From contig NMRA01000626.1 of the NCBI GenBank assembly GCA_002633005.1, positions 157,358 to 221,357 on the forward strand: a DNA stretch of 64,000 nucleotides, read 5' to 3'. Source of the stretch: Phoronis australis (Eukaryota > Animalia > Phoronida). The notes below the pieces were generated by a model. It was not told the origin of the DNA and ran no database searches. It saw nothing but the letters and a program-made list of their open reading frames with translations. Positions 39,001-51,000 of the stretch are shown piece after piece. Each line of letters starts with the position of its first letter. Position 1 is the stretch's first letter. The position numbers and the translations under genes were made by a program.

Positions 39001-42000
39001 GTACCCAGCTGCCAATAAACAGAAAATGACTAAAGGCAACTCCGTTAGATACCGGTCCCAAGTCCGCCGTTTCATTTGAAAAGGAGGAGGTAAAGTCGAG
39101 TGGTCGGTGACTAAATCGACTCCCCCACCATACTTGCCTGGTGAAGAGGGTAGTGGATCCCTGCAGGAATAAAAACAAGACCTGTCAAACATCCACAGAA
39201 CCCCACTACCTTGTGGGTCAAGTTGGAGAGACTAAAGGCCACAGGAAGGACACCTCAAATGAAAAACCCGTTGACAACACGCCTAGCCAGCGCGTCGATG
39301 GTAGGCTAAAAACCCGACAATGATGAAAACGAAAGAAAGAGGCTGTAAAGCCCATGGCCAAAATGGGCAGAGTGGCAACCCAGATATGGAAAGAGATCAA
39401 GAGGATGGCCCCAAGCCAGGTGGAGAGATGACATCGTGAAGACGAGAGACACAACATGGACAAGAGCGGCAACAGACAGATCAAATTGGAAGGCATTGTC
39501 AGAGGACTACATCCTGCAGTGGATGGACAATGCCTAGGTACAAGGTACAATAAAGTCACTTAAGCCCAGCCATATAAAATCTGTCTCATACCATTCCATA
39601 CTGTAACAGGACTGTCTTGACTTCTGATTTAAGAAAACGATCCAGAGTTGTGGTTGACCAACAGTAAAATTGCAAATTCTAAAACGGCACATGTACGTAT
39701 TGCCAGTGACAAGAGGTGCCAACTCATTAGGCAACAAGAGGAAGCAGTGTGGCTTAGTGAGATAGGCGCCCATTTTATTTACTCAAGGTCGTGGGTTTGA
39801 GTATCGCTGGGCCACACTGCTAGACCCTTGTGTTTGGTTTCTAGATTCTCAGCTCAGCTTTAACTACATAAGAAAGCACAATTAAAATGGTTCTGTGTGA
39901 TCAGTGCAATGGGCCCACATGTGCGACTTGTGCAAGTCTGCTACAACTTGTACCAGACTGCCCGCAATATTTTATTTTCATTTGGCAACAATTCACCATT
40001 GGATGAGCATGGTGATATTTTTAAACCCCAAAAAGCTTCAGATCGCCAAAATGGCTCGACCTTAAACCAAGAGCAGCAACTACATCAATCATAATAACCA
40101 AGAACAGAATATAATCCATTAAAATAAATTTAATACAAACTTTCTGCAGATTGTCTTCCTTGCCCTTATATTATTCCTCACGTATAAGGTAACTGGGGAT
40201 ATGTACTAAAGGTAGCAGTGATCACTTTGTTTTCCTCCTAAATATACCCTCTTTCCTTTGCATTCACCAAATTGGAACACAAGATCAGTTTCATCAGTCA
40301 CAATTTTTTACATAAAACAATTTAACATTTAGCCCTCTTAATTCTTCAATTTTTTAAAAAAATGGGGGAAGTACCCATTATGCACCAGTCAGCTGTCATT
40401 AACTGAACCGGCCATTTTAAGTAGTGGTGCACCACCAAATATTAAAGTCACATTTAATTCATTTAAGTACAATAAGCATTATCTGGACTGAACCAATGTG
40501 TATAAAGTTTGTTTTATGAAGTTTTTAACTAATGAAGCGAAAATAGTTTCTTTCATAATGGCAAGACATTTTTAGAAGAGAGACTCACTTCTGTATGCGT
40601 GTTGACATGTCTCTCTATAGTCCTGAAGAATCTTGCAGGCCATGTTCAGAAACTGTTGACTGTAGTCAGGCAGCTGGCACATAAGTTCCCGCAATTCCCA
40701 GAGGTTCTTGTTGACTGCCGCTGTGCTCTATTAGAGGAGCAAATGGGGAGAATTATGCAATGCGTCAATTTGAGCTTCATATTTTTGAAAATCAAAGTTG
40801 TGTCCAGACACTTGTCCTAGCACAAGTCCCGGGAATTTCTTTGGATCTTCTAGAACATGACTCTAATATACACCATATGTAAAGAAAGGAGTACAGCCTA
40901 CACAATTAAATCGCTACTCACTGTACTATATAGAACTGACGGAAGTCTGGCAAGGATCGCAAGCTCGCTAGTCTGTGACGCGCATGATTGGCTGCTGCTG
41001 GACTTTCGATCAGGGTCACACAATGAATGACCACTAATAAGGTGCAGCAGCAGCCAATCATAGCAATCGACCCGCACGTCATGTAGAGGCCAGATTGCGA
41101 ATCTTGCCAGAATTCCAGCGGTTCTACGTAATATGCAATAGTCTCTTCATTACTCATGGTGTATACTGGAGGTATGTGCTAAAAGATCAGAATATAAGCT
41201 ACCATCACACAAGTTTCCCCAGGAACATAAGGTGCAAATGACCACTTGGACAAAAATTAAACTGGCAAAACTTGACATTGGCGTACTCCACCTCATTGAG
41301 GTAGATAAGCAATATCTCGTTAAAGGCAACAATGGCCAAAATGCAGTGATATGGTAGTTGAATCTGTACAAAAAAGCTATCGTCTTTGGAACTGACAGAA
41401 ATGGAAAAGAGTATTTATTTTACTTCATTTTGTATCGAAAAACCCAAGAGGCTTTATGCTGTGTACCAGACATTGTTTTATCTAGCAAGACCGTTTCAGG
41501 GCTTATACTGAAAATATTGCAGTCAGTGGTGGCAATTTAAGACTACAACACAGCTCAAAAGTATTCAGACAATTCCTAGTAATGATGGCTGGGTAGAAGC
41601 AGTGAAGGAAAGTGAACATGAATTACCATACTCGTATGCATTACCGCCCAGGGCTCTTAAATTGGGAATCTAAAAAAACAGGGACTGGGCGGTAAGCCGA
41701 GCATGGGCGGGTAAAATTAAAATTTTTGAAAAGTCTCGAGTTGTTGCTTACTGAATGGAGGACCGATTTTACCCTGAGCTACACTGACATCGGACTTCAA
41801 GCATATCGGTTAAAATATAGGTCAGGAGATTTAAGTAATGGACTTCAACGGCCTGAAGTGGAATAGTGTACACGATGCGGTGGAGTCGTGATCTCGAGCG
41901 TGATTGGGTTTTTACGTACCTCGGTCACTGTTCGACAGTCTTAGAACTAACTAACGTACTAGGTTATTGTTTACAATCTGACTATTATGGTACACACTTG

Positions 42001-45000
42001 ATACTATTTTCTGAATCCTCTAGTCACAGTGATTTTAAAAATAAATTACTTGACTGTACTGATTGATCACTTCTTATTCATAATTTTCGAGTTTTTCCGA
42101 GGCGTTTACAATCCGACTCCATTTACGTACATACTTGATATTAATATTTTCTGAATTCTCTCCCCATGGTGATCATGGTGATTCCAAAAATGTATGTGTG
42201 TCAAAAGACCCCAAAATTGGCAAGTATATTGAAGATACCGCGTGGCACATTAGGGAAACTATGAGTATAAAACAGTTACTGTCACGTAATAGTCATGGTT
42301 ATAACCTACAGGTAAGCGTGCGTTCAGTAGGACAAATTTCTTGAGAAAAAAGACAGATCAAGCAAGACTACGGTAAGTTCGCGGTGTATTTCTAAGGGAA
42401 GCACTTGATTTTGTAAAGATGTGCTGGACACCTACTTACTGAATACTTTGAACTTATAGTTTGAACAATGTAACATTTTATATGCATGGTATATTTCTTT
42501 ATTGAGTTAAAACCAACACTGCTCTTATTCAAAGCACGTGCTCAACAATTGGACAATACTACTATTAGGCAATAGGGGTGCTTGGTCGGCTGCCAAAATA
42601 TGAAGCAAAAACACATCATGTAAAAAGCCATCAGGCAAATCAAAAGTTCAAGTTTTTGACCACGCAGATGTAGACAGAATGTTTGACTTGCGCTTAATGA
42701 CAAGTTGATTTCTTGCGCTGTTGCTTTTGGTTGGGCGCTTACATTTTGGTTGGGCACTTCCATTTTGATGTCAGGAGTGAAAAACATGCGTTTAACCAAG
42801 ACGGGGAACAGCGACACAAGTTGGCTTTTCACAATGTACTATGCCTTTTCTTATTTCAATGTTCAGGTTTGTTATGTTTCATGCACTGTCACGGGGAAAT
42901 CACAGAAAGGTTGGCCACGGATGTGAAATTCCTGTCAAGTACTGCTTTGCTGGTTCTTCCACAGCAAATCAAATACATTTGACAAGCGCTGTCTCAGTGA
43001 TGCTGACTCGAGTTCTGCGCGTAAGCCAAGGGAAACAATAATTGTGTCTCCTTCAGTAAAGGGCATCAGAATACGGATACTTTACCGCTACAGTAAGGCA
43101 GAGGTCTCGGTTCTGCTGAAACTGATTGTCACAGAAAGGTAAGCGAGTTGCGCACGTTTATGAATGTTAATGTTGTGCAACGAACGTTCACAGACGCAGG
43201 CACTTTTAAGGAAGTCTCGATCACGAAAAATTGGGGGTTGGTGGTAAGCCGAGCATGGGCGCTTAAAAATGAAAAATTGAAATGAAAAAATGAAATTTTC
43301 AGGGTTGGCGGTTACACAGGACTGTATATTTATGCAACTATCTTCAAAACTATAGAATTTTAACCCATATAAAAGTATTTTCCAGATGTAGAAAGTATAA
43401 AGAATTCGATTTTTGACTTGCCAAATCTGTCATTAACTGGCTCATGTGACCAATGTCTTTTTACTTAAATTTAGGAAAAAGAGAAGAAGGAACATTCATG
43501 GGAAGAAATTGTATCAAGAACATTGAACAGACTTTGATATAAATCTTCAAGATGAAATCTTAAAACGCTCCACCAGTTTTATCACATTGTTTCTGTTTTA
43601 TTCACCTTTTGATACTTTTTCTCTATACTTTTGATGAACCCTCATGCAAAGTGGAACATTTAAGAAGCAATTCCTAAAAGCATTGCGGAGTAAAGTGCAT
43701 AAAGCAAAGCGCCTGAAAGTTTTGCGTGAATTCCATCCATTTCCTGAGAGATGATGTTTCTACGTTAGTCAAATTCGGAAATTTTTTAGATGTCAAAGTT
43801 TGACACTGTCCAGTTTATTTTGAAAACTACCTAGAACACTTACATCAAGAAAATTTCTTCCGATGAAACCGACAAGTCACAGGAAGATGAAAATAAGAAA
43901 ATTGTAAAACCAGAAAGCACATTTATTCAATGTATTAATCAGCACAAATGAACTGAATTAGAAAACCTCGACTTACCTGCAACAAAGGTTTAGGGGCGCC
44001 AAGCTCCCTTTGTGTTTTATTGTCTGTGACATTCTTTAGTGCATCGAATCCTGCAAAGGGTTTAACCAATCATTTAATATTCAATGCAAAAACAAAATCA
44101 GAACTAGCCAAAATTATATTCAAATGTTTTTGACATGCAGTTTGTAATTCCCTGGTCTTCAGGTAAAATGGTACATATAATATAATATGTGACATCATCG
44201 CCCACAAAGTTGAGTGCTTGAGATCGGCACCAAGACTGATTGGATACCACTATTTCAACAATGGCAATTAGACACTTTACTCATAGTGCTAGAACCCAGT
44301 GTGGCAAGTAGTCGCGTATTCTAAACATTTGCATTTATTAAAGTTAATACGGTCAGTGGCCTCGATTTCACCTGACTGCAATCCAAAATCAAGAAAACAA
44401 ATTTCCAATAAAAATGCAAAAACATAGAGACAATGGATTGTACTGTTTCATAGCTCACTAGGTCAAAGACAACTCCAAGAAATTCATCCTACAATAATCC
44501 TAAAAAATTTGGCCATTGATTAATCCGTAAAAAGGGTCTTGTTAATATCTGAACAGTGACAGTCCATGCTGACTACAATGCAGGCTACTTCATTTTGAAG
44601 GAGCTAAGAAACAAGTCAGAGTTATCCTCCATACTGAGTCCACTCACATATCAATGAGACAATGCCAATCTGTAAACCAAAGTTAGTCTCTATTCAGACA
44701 CGCTAACAAAATAATGGGAACAGAACAGTTCAAAACACACAGTGACACTGAGTGTAACTAAGTTGACTACAAATGTTTCAACAGTGAGCAGGCATCACTA
44801 CACAAATGATCTAGAGTGGAAGCTTTACTCAAGATTGCAGTTAATACTTGAGAAATGGTCACAGTCAAACTAAGTAGCTTCAAGACATACTCTTGAGGCA
44901 CATTATAATGTTTTTGGCAAGTCTCCTTTACAGACCAGCCAAAAATCTTGGGTGATATGGATATATTCTTGGGGTGATATGGATATTCATGGGGTGATAT

Positions 45001-48000
45001 GGATATTCATGGGGTGATATGGATATTCATGGGGTGATATGGATATTCTTAGAGTGATATAGATAATTTTGGGGTGATATGGATATTTTTGGGGCAATAA
45101 ACCAGTCACCCTCTACAGTAGTCAACAAATTTGAAGATTTCCAATAAAGGAAGACAATATGAAAAGATCGTCATTTAGATATTTCCAATATAAAGAGCGG
45201 GATGTGTACTTTAAAAAATCTAATTTATTTACACTGACTGGAATTCTATTAAATAAAACAGCAATGCATTACAAAGTATCAAATTGTGAGCACAAGATTT
45301 CAGTATTGATAGAGCTCTTTCTCCCGTAGGTAAAAAAACGCATTGTTTTATCGACCTCATTCTGGAATGTCAGCACATTTTCACAGGTGATGTTGGAAAC
45401 AAGTAAGAAATGTTCCCTATATCAGAAGTTTTAAAAAGTACCAAAATTGAAAATCAATTAGTAATCATATCTTCAAGAAAGGGTACTACAAAGTAACTGT
45501 ATTCCCCTCAGTTCAAATAGGAGACTTTGGCGGTCTCTGGAGTGATGAGAGAGACAAAGCGACTTCCACTTGATCCCAACAGAAATTCACTACTAATTAA
45601 TTTTATTTAGTAGTTCACAAATTTAAAAACAGTGCAATAAATATCATTGACCAACCCTCCTATAGTTTGATTATTTATTTATTTAATTTAACTTTCTGAC
45701 ATCGGCTAGGATCAAAATTTCGCCGATCTATCAGTTGCCGCCCCCAGGACATGATGTTCCTCATCCATGGATATTACAAGAGGTTTGCCTTTTTCTGCAA
45801 AACATTATCATTGAAACTTTGCCAGCATTATGATAACAGGAAAAGTGTTAAAGCGATGTTATAGCATCAGGTTGAAACTTGCCAATCTGTATTACAAGGG
45901 ATCTGTACGTGGTACTGAATACCTGCCCACCAAAGATGTTATTGTTGTCTGGCGGAAATGTGAATTTCAAAATGGCGCGGCTATTTCGAAAATCAGCTTT
46001 AGAAAAAAAATACGACTACAACAAAGAACATGTGAAACTCCAATGATGCGAAAACGAGGCTGCAAAAGTGCTTGATAGTGGCACTGTGAGAAAATAATGC
46101 GAGACTGGAGTGTCGTTGAGTAATGCGGGATAGCCCTATTGCATTACATGGTATATCGAGTACGTTTTCATGTAGTATGTAACAAATAGACTTGGAATTT
46201 TTCAGTAATTTTCTCAGTGTGCATGAGATTTGACTCAGGAATTAGTGGTGGCTGAACTTTGTTGTTACATCGAGAATTGGGAATTACTCATTTCAAGATA
46301 ACAACTAGGTTGCGTACATTTAGTTTGTCTTCAAAACATGAAAATTTGGGCATGAAGCTTACAAAACTTTAATCAGCAATCTTCATAATAAAAACAGAAC
46401 ATCATTCACAGCTATACAGTCGCTTTATATGAACATGCTAAAATTGTCAACACAAAATGCCGCAAAAACTTTGTACTGTACTGTCGGCTAATAAACAAAA
46501 ATGTGACTGCACAATTCCCTTTGCATGATTCATTGGATTCACTTCGTATTTTACGTAAAATGGAAGTCACATACATGCACAATGTTAGGAAATGATCTTC
46601 ATACACTCTGCAATATTTATGTTTAACAAATTGCTTGACATATACATGCTAACAAATGAACATATCAGTTTCTGCAACTTCCGTAACAAATGCTTAGTGT
46701 TCAAATGGATCCCGTGACTTGAACAGAAGTGCCAACAAAAAGGAGTAAAACAAAAAACCCAGAAAACTAAAATTGACAGCAGTTGAAAACATAACTGAGC
46801 ACTTGTTTAGTATACACGTCATTAAACTTTAGTTGCATTATTCAACAAGTCAGATACATCGTTAAGTTTAAGGTTATGAAGGACCCTAGGCTAGAAAATG
46901 TCTAAATTTGGCTCAAAATCAGACAAGCTCATTAAAATATTTTTGACTGTCAGCCAGATTTTACCGATGATAACTTGCGACCATCACATACATGCTTTAT
47001 ACACTGATTTCAACAATATTAGGAATAAAACAATATTGACATGTAGTTTTTAAAATGTTCCACTTTTGTGCAAATGGCTTTCAAAACAAGAACTAAAATT
47101 TAAGGTTTTTGAGAGAAAACTCTTCTGTTGCATGAAATAAGAATGGAATGGCATTTTACATAAATGTCACATCTTGGGACATTTATATGGAAAAATGATC
47201 ATGATATTGGTACAATTGTTTCGTTATCAATGAAACTTTATTTTTTTGCCAAATTTCACTAAAAAGACATGGTCACGTCATTAAATTAATGGAAGATTCA
47301 TTCATAAAAGATCAAATAAAAATCTACAGGCTTTCTATTTTTAGAACATACATTTATTTAAGTACTTTAAGTTGAAGATATTTGCCTTTAACGCCTTACA
47401 TAACTTTATTCCTAATGCAAACTGAGACATTTTATTTCAACTTACAAAACGCACCAGGCTTAACGCCCATGTTCAGCGTACTGCCCAATTATACACAAAA
47501 TTCCCAGATTTTTGCTTTTAAAAGCCAAATATGCTGAGCTTACTGTCCACTCCGAATTTATTTGGTGGTGCTTTCCTCGAAAGTCCCCGTGTCTTGCTTA
47601 ACATCATCTTGTGCCAATTTTAGCTCCCAGTTCACTTTCAAGTCGAGAGTTTCAATTGCACTGTGCTTTCTTCGAATGGCAAAAATAAAGTTGTGCTCTG
47701 ACTCCCACTATGTGACTGTCACGTGAGCCCGAAATTTTTATCTGAATTGACCATTTGGGCAAATGAGCACCCCAGACTTCTCGAAAATGTTGTTTCTAAA
47801 CACCCATGCTCGGCTTCACACACACTCCCTCAGTGTACAGTAAGATTACATGTCAATATTGATTACACTTTACTCAGAGTGACGGAAACTGCCTAATTTT
47901 TATTTCATGAGGTTGGCGAGAATGTTTTTCTAAACAAACATGTATGATCAGAGTTGTTTTACATCTGTTACAAAGCACAGAGATTAGCAAAGCAAAGGAT

Positions 48001-51000
48001 TTAATTACACATTACCACAATTTTGAATGGCTTCAAGAGCTGGATTTTAATATTATACTGATAGATTAACAGAGGAACAGCATTTGCTAAAATACCCAAA
48101 CAGCAAGAGAAAGCTAAGTGTCACCTCTGGTGAACCAAATTTTTATTCATTAAAGCACAACAGGCATTGGGCAAATTACAATACTCCACCATCAGAACTC
48201 AAAGATCTTAAAGAGACAGGGCGACAGTGAAACTAACGAAATTCCATCGAAGCAAACGAAGTTGCCATTTGATAAAAACTAAGCCTGGCTCAAGTGTTTA
48301 AAAGGGAAATTTTAATGGAAGGAAGATTTTGTGCAAGCATCAAAGTAAAAACAATGACAACGTAAGCCATTAAGAAAATTAACAAAAAGGTGTGATTCCG
48401 TTTTCAAATAATTCCACCAAGCAATTTCAGAACATGCACCATTTGTGAAACTGTCACATTTAAGGCTGATTGAACACAAGACAGCACACACAGCAAGTTT
48501 ACAATTACCAATTTCTGTGACAACGTCTGAAGATTGGAAAACAAAGACAAGACTTTTAAGCCAAAGCAGCATACAGTACATTCATGAGTATTACAGACAC
48601 TTAAAGGAGAATGCCACCCTATTTAATTAGTCTTTTTTATCGTCTTAATCGGTCTATAGCCACATCGCCTCTTATACGGACGACCTCACCTTGCCGAGAG
48701 GTGTCGCGTTAACCTGTGAGGAAGGTGAGAAATGATGCAGCGACGTCAGTGGTTCGTCTGCAGAGTGAATGCCGCTATATTGCGGTGCATCGTTCCCGCT
48801 TGTCCGAACTATGAAGTTGCGAAGAAAGCGAGTATATCGTTTTTTCGACTTCCTCAAGAGCCCGAAATGCTTAGGAAGTGGCTCGCGTTAGTGAAGAATG
48901 AAAGGTACGCTGTTAATAGCAAGTATGAGGCTGTGAAACATCTCCGTGTCTGTGGCTGGCATTTCGTCGACAGTGATTTCTGTAACGAATTTCGGCTTAC
49001 CCAAGAACTATCCATATGTTCCATTGCCTGTGCATATTCACGGCGCCTCTCTAGTATTTCTTGATCATTGTATTCCGGTTCGAACTGATAGCCTGTGAAA
49101 TCTCAAGATCCGACCTGTGAAGTCTTCGTCGGATGAGCTCTTGACTAAGTCAGGTTTCGAGCCACTGGCCGGGATAAAGAGTAAGTCCGGCCGCGACGCG
49201 GGGCCTAGTGATCGGGTTCCGAGCCACTGGCCGGAAGAACATTAAGCGTTTTGTGTGTCTAGAACTCAAAAATCACAAGTATAAACAACATAGATCTAGA
49301 TTCTCCTGTCTGTATTTCAGGGAAGAATGAATACTTCGAATTTATCTCCGAACAGGCCCCAAACTCCTGCTACGGACCTTGGTAAATTGGCCTGCCGAAC
49401 TTTGTAGGCTACGGTGTGTCCAAATACCAGTAAATCCGTAATAGCAAAATAAAACAACACCTTTTTATAAGAATTCGGTGTATTTTTAAGGGTTTTACAG
49501 AAGTTTGATGATTTATTGGTGTTAAACAATGAATTCAACCGATAAGCTGACACCACTAACCCGTGTTGTGAACTGCTGAACAGACTGCGTATGAAACCAA
49601 TTACGTCATTGGATATTTTCAACACCTCCGTCTGCCGTCAGGTCTCAGGTAACGCAACCGAATGTGCCGTTATCGAGTAGAAATACACGATCTAAATTGA
49701 TGCAAAATAAGTTGTTTTTTGGGTGGTATTCTCCTTTAATGATACATCATTTCTTGAAAGTTGTTTCAAAGTGGGTTTCTCTGGAGCTTTCCACTAGTGA
49801 AATTTCGTCAAACTCAAACAAAAATGACTGCAAAAATTTTCTAGTTTTCAAAAGCTCACAGCAATCAAAAATTCTCAAAAATTCAACAAAACATTCAAAG
49901 GTGGTTGTTTACAAACTTTCCAAACAATAAAGAAGTGAATTTTCTCTCCGTTTACCTTGTTCGGAAACAGTAGAATAATCTGGATACATTTTTCCAACGA
50001 TAATGGAGTGATGTTGGAAAACCTTGCGGTGTTACCAACTAAATTTTTTATCAGAAAATCTATCGTATTTGTGCTCTAAACTGAAGAAACTTGTACCTCT
50101 CACACACACATTACCCAAAACAATACAATTCCCTTCCAAGAACAGTAAAATGTGAAATCACAACAAATGCCAATCAAATCGAACTTCAATATTCAAAAAT
50201 TCCTCACCACGATCACATCAGTTTCAACATTCAGATGGAATGCAGAAATGGTCTGCAAGTAAATTGAAGTGGCTAACTTTTAAAGGTTGACCAGTCCTGT
50301 GTTGAAATTGAAGCGCTTTTGACTGGTAAATATTCTGGGTGTTCTTAGGGTAATGGAAGTGCAACTCTCTCTCACTGTAAAGACAATTACTTTGGGACAG
50401 ATTCTGCCCAGGTTAATGGCCAGAACCAAATTTGTTTTCTCAGAAACCAAACCAGGAAATTAATGGTGATGAAATAAAGAGCATCGTTAGTTTTACCAGA
50501 AATGATCAGAAATAGTAAGAAGCACGTCTGAGCATGTTTTTCATTGATCTGTTCGACACAGGAATAAAAAAATCAATTTCATAAAATTTGTCTTTTAATG
50601 GCAAAGAAGGAAACAGCATGCCACACACATAATAATTGTTCTTAACCAGATGTGACCAATGAAAGGCAAACAAACATTCAGTACAAACCAGGTCTTGTTG
50701 TAAGTGAACAAACTAAGCGATAGATTAATTACATGTTAATGGTTGAAGGACTGCCTGACAGATTCTTTCAACAATACTACGAAAGAGCAGAACAAAGTAT
50801 CTGGCATAGATTACAGATCAAAACATGGCCCATGAAAATTTTAGAAAAACATTAATATATGAGCTGCAGCCAGAATAGGAATAAGTTTGAATTTTGGAGG
50901 AACAAGCCAGTGGCTGGACTCATAAATAGTCAGTCCAAATAGTTGGGAGACATAGCAGAATTAGACTTCCAGCCTGAGTGTTTAGTATCGTACCCATCTG

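Noticed and set aside
39748-39835. Possible tRNA gene
   Set aside because: A/B-box-like motifs are present but I could not form a cloverleaf; treated as a SINE remnant.
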